The notes under the pieces: generated by a model
Database searches by the model: none
What the model was told of the DNA's origin: nothing
The model's input: the letters and a program-made list of their open reading frames with translations, nothing else
Shown here: positions 20,831 through 30,361 of the stretch, one piece after another
Numbering within the stretch: the stretch's first letter is position 1
Layout: every line of letters starts with the position of its first letter
From: a bacterium
Lineage (GTDB): Bacteria > UBA8248 > JACPRG01 > G963555815
Length of the DNA stretch: 64,000 nucleotides
Direction: 5' to 3'
NCBI GenBank assembly: GCA_965261595.1
Contig: CBDHDG010000006.1
Coordinates: 1,120,001-1,184,000, forward strand
Position numbers and translations under genes: made by a program

Positions 20831-22114
20831 TCATCCGTCGAGTTGTTCCACGCCCAACAGGCTCCGCCGGAGGACATCCAAGGCCATGATGGCGGCCCGG
20901 TCCTGGAGAAAGCGGCCGCCCCCGCCAAAATGCCGCCGCGCGCTCACCGGGGGCGCCGATTCGTCTCCCGTGACGAGAATGGTGTGGGTCGCCTCCGCCG
21001 ATGAAGCCGCCAATTCCTCTCCGATCGGAATCGGTCCGAAGACCGCGAGGCCGATGTCCGCGGAGGCAATCTTTCTCACCGCGTGTGCGAGTTCCTCGGC
21101 CGCGCCGGCCGAGATCTCCACGGGCCCTTCCCGCCCCAAGAGGGCGGCGACAGCATCAGGGGAGGACGCCACCCAGCCTCCTTTAAAAAAGGGGGCGCCG
21201 CCGGCAATGCCGGTCAGACGGGCGGCCAACGCGCCTCCGGTGACCGTTTCGAGAATCGCCACGGTCTTGCCGCTTTCTATCATCAACCGTCCGACGGCCT
21301 CCTCGGCCGTGTCCTGTCCGACGCCGAAAATGGCGGCGCCGAGCCGCTCGCGGACCCGTTTTTCCAACGCGTCCAGCATTCCCTCGACCTCTTCTTCGCC
21401 GCTTCCCTTCGCCGTGAGGCGGATGTCCACCTGTCCGGGGTGGGCCAGGACCGCGATGGACGGGTTCCTCGACGATTCGAACAGGTCGTGGATGAGGTGA
21501 TCGACGTGGCTTTCTCCCAAGGCGCAGCTCTTGAGGACGCGGACGCGAATCAAATCACCCAGGGGAAACCTGGATTGCAAGTAGGGAAGGATGCGGCTTT
21601 CCATGAGAAATTTCAATTCGCGCGGTACGCCGGGAAGGACAATGATCACCCCCTTGTCGTTTTCCACAATGAAGCAGGGGGCCGTCCCGACGGGGTTTTC
21701 GATGGGTTTCGCGCCCTCGGGAAGGTAGGCCTGTTTGCGGTTGTTGGGGCTCATGGTGAACCCGCGGCTCGTGAAGATGCCCTCGATCTGATCCATCAGC
21801 TCCTGGCTGTACACCAGGGGGACGCCCGCGACGGCGGCGACGGCTTCCCGGGTGAGGTCATCGACGGTCGGACCGAGCCCCCCCGAGGTGATGACGACTT
21901 CGGCGCGCTCATGGGCGCTCGCGACGGCGGTCGTCAGGCGCTTGAGGTTGTCTCCCACCACGGTTTTCAGGTGGAGGTTGATCCCGAGCCCTTTGAGCTT
22001 CTCCGCCAGGTAGACCGAGTTTGTATCCACCAGGTCGCCCAGGAGAATCTCGGTCCCGATGGCGATGATCTCCGCTTGGGTCTGTGGTGAAGCGTCTTTC
22101 TTCGATCCACTCAT
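20831..22114 (-). CDS. cinA: Competence/damage-inducible protein A (MoCF-like + PncC domains)
   Basis: IGTEILLG...DTN, SGGLGPTVDDLT, NPVGTAP and LPGVPRE motifs. The PncC domain is divergent (ETVTGG instead of ESCTGG). Confidence 0.9.
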   Translation of the reverse strand: MSGSKKDASPQTQAEIIAIGTEILLGDLVDTNSVYLAEKLKGLGINLHLKTVVGDNLKRLTTAVASAHERAEVVITSGGLGPTVDDLTREAVAAVAGVPLVYSQELMDQIEGIFTSRGFTMSPNNRKQAYLPEGAKPIENPVGTAPCFIVENDKGVIIVLPGVPRELKFLMESRILPYLQSRFPLGDLIRVRVLKSCALGESHVDHLIHDLFESSRNPSIAVLAHPGQVDIRLTAKGSGEEEVEGMLDALEKRVRERLGAAIFGVGQDTAEEAVGRLMIESGKTVAILETVTGGALAARLTGIAGGAPFFKGGWVASSPDAVAALLGREGPVEISAGAAEELAHAVRKIASADIGLAVFGPIPIGEELAASSAEATHTILVTGDESAPPVSARRHFGGGGRFLQDRAAIMALDVLRRSLLGVEQLDG

Positions 22115-22353
22115 GAGAACAGTCCGGCGCCTCTGTCCGGGCGCGGCGTCACCTCGCCGTTCGGCTCGGAGCGCAACCAGCGGGTTTGACACCGATTGTC
22201 GAATGGCTCACCGAAGGGAAATTGTAACACAGTGTCATCCCGTCTCCGCTGCGCCTCCACCCGCGCCCACGCCCGGAATGCCTGTTGATCTTCCGTCCGG
22301 GCGGGGTCATATAAAAAAGAAACTTAATCCGCTTCCCCCAAGGAAACAACCGG

Positions 22354-22980
22354 ATGGTCGATTCAGCAGGGCCTTGCGGCATTGTCCTGGCCGCGGGACT
22401 GTCCCGCCGGCTCGGCCGGAACAAGCTCCTTCTCCCCATGGGCCTGAAGCCCATTGTCGTCTGGACGGTGGAGAACGCGTTGGCCTCCCCCCTGGATGAG
22501 GTCATCGTCGTCACCGGGCACCAGAACGAGGCCGTCGAGGCCGCGATTCGCCACCTCCCGGTGCGGATCGTCCACAATCCCGATTACGCCGAGGGCCAGT
22601 CCACATCCCTGAAAGCCGGCGTCCGGGGATCGTCTCCTTGGACCGAAGGGTTCATTTTCTTCCTCGGGGACCAGCCCCTCATCGGCGCCGACATCGTAAC
22701 GGCCCTTCTCGAGCGTTTCCGGCGCGATCACCCCTTGCTTGTCGCACCCGTCTTCGCGGGCAAGCAGGGAAACCCGGTCCTGATCAGCGCCAAGCTGCGC
22801 AGGGAGCTCCTGGCCCTGACCGGGGACGCCGGCGCCCGTCCTCTCATCGAAAGACACGCGGACGCGCTGGCCACGGTTGAAATCAATCAACCGGCGATCA
22901 GAATGGACATTGATCGCGAAGAGGATTACGAAGCGTGCCTGGCGTTGTTCGAAACCAGCCCGGTTCTGCCTTCCCCCTGA
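22354..22980 (+). CDS. mocA: Molybdenum cofactor cytidylyltransferase-like nucleotidyltransferase
   Basis: LAAGLSRRLGRNKLLL, NPDYAEGQSTSL, LGDQP, GNPV and GDAGAR motifs; adjacent to an XDH-family gene. Confidence 0.88.
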   Translation: MVDSAGPCGIVLAAGLSRRLGRNKLLLPMGLKPIVVWTVENALASPLDEVIVVTGHQNEAVEAAIRHLPVRIVHNPDYAEGQSTSLKAGVRGSSPWTEGFIFFLGDQPLIGADIVTALLERFRRDHPLLVAPVFAGKQGNPVLISAKLRRELLALTGDAGARPLIERHADALATVEINQPAIRMDIDREEDYEACLALFETSPVLPSP

Positions 22981-23000
22981 GCCGGTCATCCCCTTGAATC

Positions 23001-25304
23001 TCAGGAGTCTTCGGTGAGCCCCGCCTTCCCGCGGAGGGCTGTCAGAACTTTCTGCGGGGTGAAGGGCAGCGATTTGATCCGGACGCCGACGGCGTCGTAA
23101 ATGGCGTTGCCGATGGCCGCCGCCACCGGATCGATGGCCGTCTCCGACGCCCCTTTGGCCCCGTACGGGCCATTGGGCTCGTAGGTCTCGATCAGGGCGC
23201 TGTGCACCTTTTCCGGAAGGCACTCGGCCTTGGGGAGGGTGTAATCGGCGAAGTTCCCGTTCACCACCTGGCCGGCGTCGAGGATCCAGTTCTCGTACAT
23301 GGCGTACCCCATGCCCTGCATGACGGCGCCCTGGATTTGCCCTTCGACGGTGAGGGGGTTCAGGGTCCTGCCGACATCGTCCGCCACCCAAAAATTCAGG
23401 ATCTTCACCTGCCCCGTTTCGATGTCCACTTCCACTTCGGCGGCCTGAGAGCAGAAGGTGTACCCGGGCGAGACGTTCCCGTAGCGGTTCTTGTCGGCCA
23501 TTTCCGTGGGGTTGTCGACCGCCACGGAGACGGAGATGGGGATGCCTCCTTGCCGGAACATGCCGTCTTTGCACACCTCGCCGACGGTCAGGCGCCGCTC
23601 GGGCGCTCCCTTGACGTGGACGATCCCCTCGCGGATTTCCAGGTCCGACCGGTCCGCTTCCAGTTGTTCCGCGGCGGCCTCCAGGATTTGCTCCCGGGCC
23701 TCGGCGGCCGCCTTCTTGACCGCGTTGCCCGCGACCATGGTCAGCCGGCTGGCAAAGCCTCCCATGCACATGGGCGTCAGGTCGGTGTCGGGTTTGCTGA
23801 CGTCGATGTCCGCGATGCGAAGGCCCATCTCCTCGGCGCAGATCAGGGAGAAGACCGTCGAGGCCCCCTGGCCGATGTCCCCTTCGCCGATGATCAGGTT
23901 GACCCGGCCGTCCGGGTTCATCTTCACCGTCGCGGACGAGCCGTCCCAGTTGGTGTAATGGCGGTTTCCGCTCACGTGAATCGCGTTGGCCATCCCGATG
24001 CCGCGCCGCTTGACGCCGCCGCCCGCGCCGCGCGCCCGGTTCTGAACGATGCGGCTCCCATCGGCGACGAACCGGATGCATTCGGTCAGGCCGCAGCTGC
24101 TCATCTTCCAGCCGTGGATGCTCGTCTCGCCGGTTTTGATGGCGTTGACGAGGCGGATCTCCACCGGGTCCATCCCGATCTGCTCAGCCAGGTGATCCAG
24201 GGCCGACTCGAACGCGAAGATCATCTGAGGGTTTCCCAGACCCCGGAACGCGCCGGACGGCAGGCGGTTCGTGTAAACCAGCCGGGCGCGCGTCTTGAGG
24301 TTCCGCATGCGGTAGGCGTTGTCGATCCGCATGGCGGTGACGTTCATGATCTTCGCGCTCCGGCCGGTGTAGGCCCCGCAGTTGGAGATGATGTCGGTCT
24401 CCTTCGCGCAGATCGTTCCGTCCTTGCGGACCCCCATCTTGATGGTGATGACGGCCGGGACCCGGGGGCGGGTGCCCAGAAACTCTTCCGTCCGGGTGTT
24501 GCAGAGCTTGACGGGCTTCTTCGCCGCAATGGCCAAAAGCGCGCAAAGTTGGGCGTTGGGGTCGTCGTTCAGCTTGCCGCCGAAGGCGCCGCCCACATAG
24601 GGCTGTATCACCCGGACCCGGGACTCGGGGATTCCCAGGACCTTGGAGATTCGGCTGCGGGCGAAGTAGACCGACTGGCAGCTCGGCCAGACGGTCACCT
24701 TGCCCGAGACGTCCACGTCGGCCACGGCGCCGACGGTCTCCATGAATGCCAGATACTGGTTGGGGGTCCGGTAGGTGTCCTCATAGACAGCGGCGGCCTC
24801 CCCCCAGCCTTTTTCGACGTCCCCCCGCTCTAAGCGGGTCTCCCAGGCCAGGTTGCCGGGCCACTCGTCGTGGACATGGGGCGCGCCCGGCTCGAGGGCC
24901 TCGATTTGATCGAGGACGTAGGGCAGCGGCTCATACTCGACTTCGATGAGCTCCAGGGCTTCGAGGGCCGTGGCCTCGTCTATGGCCGCGACCGCCGCCA
25001 CCTCCTCCCCCATGAACCGGACCTTCCCGCAGGCCAGGGCCGTCTGGTCGTTGTTCTCGTGCCCCCACTTGATCTGCGGAATGTCGTCCCAGGTCAGGAC
25101 CGTCTTTACGCCCGGAAGCTTCCGGGCGCGGGAGACATCGAGCCTGGTGATGCGGGCGTGGGCGTGCGGACTGCGGAGCAGCTTGCCGATCAACATCCCC
25201 GGAAGGACGAGATCCGGCGCGTAATCGGCCGCGCCCAGCACCTTCTGCGGGGAGTCGACCATGGGGTGGGGCTTGCCGAGAAGCGTAAAGCCGTTTTCAC
25301 TCAT
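23001..25304 (-). CDS. Xanthine dehydrogenase family molybdopterin-binding (large) subunit
   Basis: LRSPHAHARI, VGGAFGGK, AFRGLGNPQ, DIGQG, VEGQIQG and GAKGASE motifs. Confidence 0.93.
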   Translation of the reverse strand: MSENGFTLLGKPHPMVDSPQKVLGAADYAPDLVLPGMLIGKLLRSPHAHARITRLDVSRARKLPGVKTVLTWDDIPQIKWGHENNDQTALACGKVRFMGEEVAAVAAIDEATALEALELIEVEYEPLPYVLDQIEALEPGAPHVHDEWPGNLAWETRLERGDVEKGWGEAAAVYEDTYRTPNQYLAFMETVGAVADVDVSGKVTVWPSCQSVYFARSRISKVLGIPESRVRVIQPYVGGAFGGKLNDDPNAQLCALLAIAAKKPVKLCNTRTEEFLGTRPRVPAVITIKMGVRKDGTICAKETDIISNCGAYTGRSAKIMNVTAMRIDNAYRMRNLKTRARLVYTNRLPSGAFRGLGNPQMIFAFESALDHLAEQIGMDPVEIRLVNAIKTGETSIHGWKMSSCGLTECIRFVADGSRIVQNRARGAGGGVKRRGIGMANAIHVSGNRHYTNWDGSSATVKMNPDGRVNLIIGEGDIGQGASTVFSLICAEEMGLRIADIDVSKPDTDLTPMCMGGFASRLTMVAGNAVKKAAAEAREQILEAAAEQLEADRSDLEIREGIVHVKGAPERRLTVGEVCKDGMFRQGGIPISVSVAVDNPTEMADKNRYGNVSPGYTFCSQAAEVEVDIETGQVKILNFWVADDVGRTLNPLTVEGQIQGAVMQGMGYAMYENWILDAGQVVNGNFADYTLPKAECLPEKVHSALIETYEPNGPYGAKGASETAIDPVAAAIGNAIYDAVGVRIKSLPFTPQKVLTALRGKAGLTEDS

Positions 25305-25857
25305 CCGCGGAAATCCTCCGGCGGCGTCCTCCGAGGCGGAAGCGCCCGAATCAGGCTCGTCATCGAGGGAAAAATCAACCGCCGCCGCGGGCGGGCTCTC
25401 ATCGTCTTGTGTAGTGCATCAAAAACAGGAGATGCAGGCGGGCAAGGGGTCAACCGACCCGCGCCCGCCCCACCTGTTTGAAAATGCCAGCTTCCCTCCG
25501 ATCCGGTAGGCCGGGCGTTTGGATCGGTGGACCCGTTGCCCGGCCGCAAGGGAGAATTCGGGCCTCGATAAGTAAACCGGGATTTCCCAGATGACCACTT
25601 TTAGCCATCCTGGTGTCCTAGTGTAACATCAAGCTCCTCCATTTTACCGCTAATTCAGGGTCTCTTTACTGCACCCTCCGCTCAATCGAGAGGCTATGGC
25701 CGTCTTAAAGGCGGTTCGGCCACAAGGCCGCTCGGCTGTACCCATGCTTGGGAAGGAGGGTTCAAACACCGAAAGGACCGCTAGGCTAAATTTGCACCTT
25801 GAGAAAACCGTCCAAGATGGACTCCCTCTGGCCCCGAAAACGACCCGGGCTTGGGAT

Positions 25858-26118
25858 TCAAGAAAGCTGCGCGGGTTGGCTCCGAAGGGATTTTCGGTAG
25901 AGGAAGATCGCCACTGACCATAGCGACAGAAAGAGGTGTGTGAGTGTGGGAAACATCGCCGAGACGCCCATAAGGAATCCGAAGTAGATGTTCTTAATAT
26001 GCTCGGGCTTTGAGGGGTTTTGGACGGCGTCCACCAGTTTCTTTTGGTAGATCTGGTTCCTGACGGCGAGCGTATCGACCGCCTTCGGCTCGGGTGCGAC
26101 ATTGGTTGAGACGACAGC
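25858..26118 (-). pseudogene. 3' remnant of a membrane protein gene cut by the IS3 element
   Basis: Stop-free frame from the IS boundary to TGA, with no start codon: AVVSTNVAPEPK...IYFGFLMGVSAMFPTLTHLFLSLWSVAIFLYRKSLRSQPAQLS*. Confidence 0.55.
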
Positions 26119-26164
26119 TGGACCGCCCCTGGGTTATTGGACACTCGGGTGAGGGTATTCGACC

Positions 26165-27082
26165 TCATGCGGCCTCCGCAACTTGAGCGAGTTTTTCCTG
26201 CCTTGCCTGGGCCGGCGTTCGGTAGCCGTAGCCCTCGAGAATCCAATGATGGTTGTACAGGTTCTTGAACTCAAGCAGCGCCCACCGCAGTTCCTCTACG
26301 GTGGCGAAAGAGCGCACCCACAGGAGATTCTCCTTCAAGATGCGGATAAACCACTCACAGTAGCCATTTCCCTCGGGCGCCCGCACGAAGCTGGGCGAAC
26401 TGGTCATGCCCAGGTAGGCGATCTCCCGCTGAAAGTCATCGGACAGATAGGCGGGGCCGTGGTCGTGACGAACTTTAAGCCCCTCGGCGACGTCCGCCTC
26501 CAAGCCGGCGAAGCGCTCGGCGACCCCCTGCCGGATCGGCTCCAGGGCCTCGAAGCGGTTGCCGCTCTTGGCCGCATGGATCCCCACGCAGTCCACCGAG
26601 CAGTGATCCACCGCCACGAACACCGAGGCCACCCCCTCCTCGGTGGTCACCGTCGTCGTCATGTCCGTGCCCCACATTCGGTCGGGCCGCTCGGTGCGGA
26701 TGGTCCCGTTGTGGGCCTTGGGACCTCGGGGTTTGCCCACCCGGTGGGGGGCCTGAAGCCCCGCCTCCCGCATCAGGCGACGCATCCGCTCCTTGCTGGT
26801 GCGGATGCCCGCGAAGCGCAGCCTCGCCCACACCTTGCGGTAGCCCTCGCCATGGAAGGGAGAGTCCTCCAGGACCTGCCGGATGTGGCCGAGGAGTTCC
26901 GCATCGGTGCACGGGCCCACAGGGCCGCGCTTATTGGGCGTGGGGCGTTCATGAACGGGGACCGCCTCTCGCCGCCGTTGCGCGTAGACCGTGGAGCGCG
27001 CCAAGCCCCAAAGGGCGCACACCCGCTTCAGGCCGTAGGCTCTGCCCGTGGAGGTGAAGCGGGCCTGACTCATCGCCTCCAC
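26165..27082 (-). CDS. IS3-family transposase OrfB (DDE/rve)
   Basis: GYRKVWARL, WGTDMT, HDHGPAY and GNGYCE motifs. Confidence 0.92.
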   Translation of the reverse strand: MEAMSQARFTSTGRAYGLKRVCALWGLARSTVYAQRRREAVPVHERPTPNKRGPVGPCTDAELLGHIRQVLEDSPFHGEGYRKVWARLRFAGIRTSKERMRRLMREAGLQAPHRVGKPRGPKAHNGTIRTERPDRMWGTDMTTTVTTEEGVASVFVAVDHCSVDCVGIHAAKSGNRFEALEPIRQGVAERFAGLEADVAEGLKVRHDHGPAYLSDDFQREIAYLGMTSSPSFVRAPEGNGYCEWFIRILKENLLWVRSFATVEELRWALLEFKNLYNHHWILEGYGYRTPAQARQEKLAQVAEAA

Positions 27083-27483
27083 CTCCTGCCGGCTAAAGGG
27101 CGGCCGGCCTCCAGGCGGTCGATCTTCTCCCGCAGGACCTCGCCCTCCATCGTGAGTTCGCCCACCTTGGCCTTGAGCCGGGCGTTCTCCTCGTCCCGCT
27201 CATCCGCCGGGCGGGCTTTGAGCGCCGCCTCGCCCGCGCGAAGGAACGCCTCGCGCCAGGCGGAAAGCCGAGCCGCTGTCGTGCCCAACTCGCGGCAGAG
27301 CGTCTCCAGGCTCTCGCCCCGCAAAAGACGCAGGACCGCCTCCCGCTTGCGCTGGCAGGAGAACCGACCCCGCTCACTGCGATGCCCTGGGGCCTTGGCT
27401 CCGTTCGCCCTGCGGGCGCCCTCCGCCAAAGCCCCCTCTTGCTTTTGTTCGTTCATCGCGACACCCCTTTCTCCATGAATCAT
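27070..27483 (-). CDS. IS3-family OrfA (HTH)
   Basis: RKREAVLRLLRGESLETLCRELG...LSAWR and LKAKVGELTME motifs. True start may be MNEQ. Confidence 0.88.
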   Translation of the reverse strand: MIHGERGVAMNEQKQEGALAEGARRANGAKAPGHRSERGRFSCQRKREAVLRLLRGESLETLCRELGTTAARLSAWREAFLRAGEAALKARPADERDEENARLKAKVGELTMEGEVLREKIDRLEAGRPLAGRRWRR

Positions 27484-27522
27484 GGATCAATCGAGTGTCC
27501 AACAAAACCCTAGAGCGGGGGA

Positions 27523-28157
27523 GAGAGAACTTCGCATGTCTCCCCTGGAATATTGTGACCGCCGTAATTAATTACATCCGGTACATTCTCCATAAGTATT
27601 TCTATAGGTTGAAGCTCTTTTACATAATGCAAATACCTCAAGTAAAGATTCGCCCGGGGATCCTGTTTGAACGCTTTTGGGTGGGTTGCTACCTCTCGAA
27701 GTTTTGCTCTTCCAACTCTCGCAAACGCCTGACAGGGAGGGCCACCAATAATTACATCAACTGCGCTTTCCTTCTTCGCAAACCCAAACTCAATCATTAA
27801 AGCGTCAGGCTCCACTCCGATTATGTCCCGCGGCCTAGCATGAATCTCTTTCAAATTAGGTGGCGAGTTGTTGTGGAAATTCAGAGCGTATGATTCTGCA
27901 GCAGGCGGATCAAGTTCAACTCCGCAAATAAGATTGAATCCAGCGCTGTGGAATCCGAGAGAAAGTCCACCGCATCCTGCGAACAGATCTAAGACACGTG
28001 GCTTACCACCCTGCGTTATTCTCTTCACCTTTTCTATCTTCGGATTTCGGCTCACGTCATTTCCAATAGTCAATTGGATTCCAATGCCAGTTGAAAGTTT
28101 TGTCTCACTTATGCCCGAGGTTTCCTCGTTTGTCAACGAGATTTTGAGGAAATTCAA
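27523..28157 (-). pseudogene. dcm: C5 DNA cytosine methyltransferase, 5' fragment truncated by IS3 copy 1
   Basis: Motif I (LDLFAGCGG), motif IV (GGPPCQ) and motif VI (MENV) are present. The frame ends inside the IS end; motifs VIII-X and the TRD are missing. Low GC. Confidence 0.9.
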
Positions 28158-28271
28158 GATGGGAGAAAAGGGGTCGGGAATCTATCCTGACCGAATAAGA
28201 CTCCCGACCTTTTCTTTTCAACCGGTGGATCGCCCCTGGGTTATTGGACACTCGGGTGAGGGTATTCGACC

Positions 28272-29189
28272 TCATGCGGCCTCCGCAACTTGAGCGAGTT
28301 TTTCCTGCCTTGCCTGGGCCGGCGTTCGGTAGCCGTAGCCCTCGAGAATCCAATGATGGTTGTACAGGTTCTTGAACTCAAGCAGCGCCCACCGCAGTTC
28401 CTCTACGGTGGCGAAAGAGCGCACCCACAGGAGATTCTCCTTCAAGATGCGGATAAACCACTCACAGTAGCCATTTCCCTCGGGCGCCCGCACGAAGCTG
28501 GGCGAACTGGTCATGCCCAGGTAGGCGATCTCCCGCTGAAAGTCATCGGACAGATAGGCGGGGCCGTGGTCGTGACGAACTTTAAGCCCCTCGGCGACGT
28601 CCGCCTCCAAGCCGGCGAAGCGCTCGGCGACCCCCTGCCGGATCGGCTCCAGGGCCTCGAAGCGGTTGCCGCTCTTGGCCGCATGGATCCCCACGCAGTC
28701 CACCGAGCAGTGATCCACCGCCACGAACACCGAGGCCACCCCCTCCTCGGTGGTCACCGTCGTCGTCATGTCCGTGCCCCACATTCGGTCGGGCCGCTCG
28801 GTGCGGATGGTCCCGTTGTGGGCCTTGGGACCTCGGGGTTTGCCCACCCGGTGGGGGGCCTGAAGCCCCGCCTCCCGCATCAGGCGACGCACCCGCTCCT
28901 TGCTGGTGCGGATGCCCGCGAAGCGCAGCCTCGCCCACACCTTGCGGTAGCCCTCGCCATGGAAGGGAGAGTCCTCCAGGACCTGCCGGATGTGGCCGAG
29001 GAGTTCCGCATCGGTGCACGGGCCCACAGGGCCGCGCTTATTGGGCGTGGGGCGTTCATGAACGGGGACCGCCTCTCGCCGCCGTTGCGCGTAGACCGTG
29101 GAGCGCGCCAAGCCCCAAAGGGCGCACACCCGCTTCAGGCCGTAGGCTCTGCCCGTGGAGGTGAAGCGGGCCTGACTCATCGCCTCCAC
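28272..29189 (-). CDS. IS3-family transposase OrfB
   Basis: Identical to 26165..27082 except KERVRR versus KERMRR. Confidence 0.92.
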   Translation of the reverse strand: MEAMSQARFTSTGRAYGLKRVCALWGLARSTVYAQRRREAVPVHERPTPNKRGPVGPCTDAELLGHIRQVLEDSPFHGEGYRKVWARLRFAGIRTSKERVRRLMREAGLQAPHRVGKPRGPKAHNGTIRTERPDRMWGTDMTTTVTTEEGVASVFVAVDHCSVDCVGIHAAKSGNRFEALEPIRQGVAERFAGLEADVAEGLKVRHDHGPAYLSDDFQREIAYLGMTSSPSFVRAPEGNGYCEWFIRILKENLLWVRSFATVEELRWALLEFKNLYNHHWILEGYGYRTPAQARQEKLAQVAEAA

Positions 29190-29591
29190 CTCCTGCCGGC
29201 TAAAGGGCGGCCGGCCTCCAGGCGGTCGATCTTCTCCCGCAGGACCTCGCCCTCCATCGTGAGTTCGCCCACCTTGGCCTTGAGCCGGGCGTTCTCCTCG
29301 TCCCGCTCATCCGCCGGGCGGGCTTTGAGCGCCGCCTCGCCCCCGCGAAGGAACGCCTCGCGCCAGGCGGAAAGCCGAGCCGCTGTCGTGCCCAACTCGC
29401 GGCAGAGCGTCTCCAGGCTCTCGCCCCGCAAAAGACGCAGGACCGCCTCCCGCTTGCGCCTGGCAGGAGAACCGACCCCGCTCACTGCGATGCCCTGGGG
29501 CCTTGGCTCCGTTCGCCCTGCGGGCGCCCTCCGCCAAAGCCCCCTCTTGCTTTTGTTCGTTCATCGCGACACCCCTTTCTCCATGAATCAT
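29177..29591 (-). pseudogene. IS3-family orfA, frameshifted
   Basis: Split into ORFs 29307..29591 and 29177..29485 by a 1-nt insertion relative to copy 1. Confidence 0.85.
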
Positions 29592-29693
29592 GGATCAATC
29601 GAGTGTCCAACAAAACCCTAGAGCGGGGGACCGGCGTTGTCCCGGATTGCGGCCAAATTCCTCAAAACCCCTTGATCCTCCTTGATTTCCCTC

Positions 29694-29747
29694 CACCGGG
29701 GTCACCAATTCACCGGGGTCACAATTCACCGGGGTCAGGTCTTGAAT
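29694..29747. repeat. Three tandem CACCGGGGTCA units ending in GGGGTCAGGTCTTGAAT
   Basis: Units at 29694, 29711 and 29727, joined by (C)CAATT. Confidence 0.85.
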
Positions 29748-29996
29748 TATCAGATTCGGTGTAAATGGTTCCACTACATCCTTTTGGCCTAAGATAACTC
29801 CACTCAAAAAGGAGCGGGGTCCCACATCGAACCTTAGGGGGTGGCTTGCGTCCCTCCAGATTCCATCAAACCTCTTCATCCCCTTGATTCCCCCTCACCG
29901 GCCTCCCATATAATACGAAAAATGCACGAAATTCAAGAGTTGGAGCGGTTGCATGGGGCGCGGTATCATTCAGCCATGACGAGAGGAGGTCTTACG

Positions 29997-30233
29997 ATGA
30001 GGTCATACGTGTTCCCGGTCGCCCTCGAACGCGATGAAGATGTCTGGCGGGCCTACGTACCCCAACTGGAGTCCCGAGGTACGGCCACCTGGGCCCACAC
30101 GAAGGAGGAAGCCCTCAAGAACATCCAGGAGGTCGTCCAGATGGTGGTTGAAGAACTCCTGGAGGACGGCGAGCCGCTTCCGCAGGGCGTAAGGGTCTCG
30201 GATGAGCCGGCCGTTGCCGTGAACGTCGGATGA
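29997..30233 (+). CDS. hicB: HicB family antitoxin
   Basis: YVFPVALERDEDVWRAYVPQL...TWAHTKEEALKNIQEVVQM...GEPLP. AGGAGGT RBS. Confidence 0.85.
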   Translation: MRSYVFPVALERDEDVWRAYVPQLESRGTATWAHTKEEALKNIQEVVQMVVEELLEDGEPLPQGVRVSDEPAVAVNVG

Positions 30234-30277
30234 TCAACTACTCGAAGCTCCGCTCCCCCACCGGCCTCCCATACTAA
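30230..30277 (+). pseudogene. Probable 5' stub of a hicA toxin gene
   Basis: ATGA overlap with the hicB stop. Reads MINYSKLRS, then runs into a direct repeat and stops after 15 codons. Confidence 0.45.
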
Positions 30278-30361
30278 CCCCATTCTCAAGACGTGTCCCC
30301 ACCTCCCACAAAGAGTCGGACGCCGCCTATGGCGCGTGGAACCTGCTTTCCCATCCGCCGC

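Larger units (their letters stand above)
26119..27522 (-). mobile_element. IS3-family insertion sequence, copy 1
   Basis: About 1404 bp, nearly identical to 28226-29630. Imperfect IRs with core ttggacactcg/cgagtgtccaa, plus orfA and orfB. Confidence 0.92.
28226..29630 (-). mobile_element. IS3-family insertion sequence, copy 2 (orfA frameshifted)
   Basis: Direct repeat of copy 1, 1 nt longer (extra C near 29460), with a few substitutions. Confidence 0.92.

Noticed and set aside
25650..26246. 198-aa ORF reading out of IS3 copy 1 (and the 82-aa equivalent from copy 2)
   Set aside because: Chimeric read-through from the IS end with Ser/Arg-rich composition. A different frame gives the protein-like remnant.
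29694..29737. Possible CRISPR or iteron array
   Set aside because: Units are 11 nt with near-identical 5-6-nt linkers, and no cas or rep gene is nearby.
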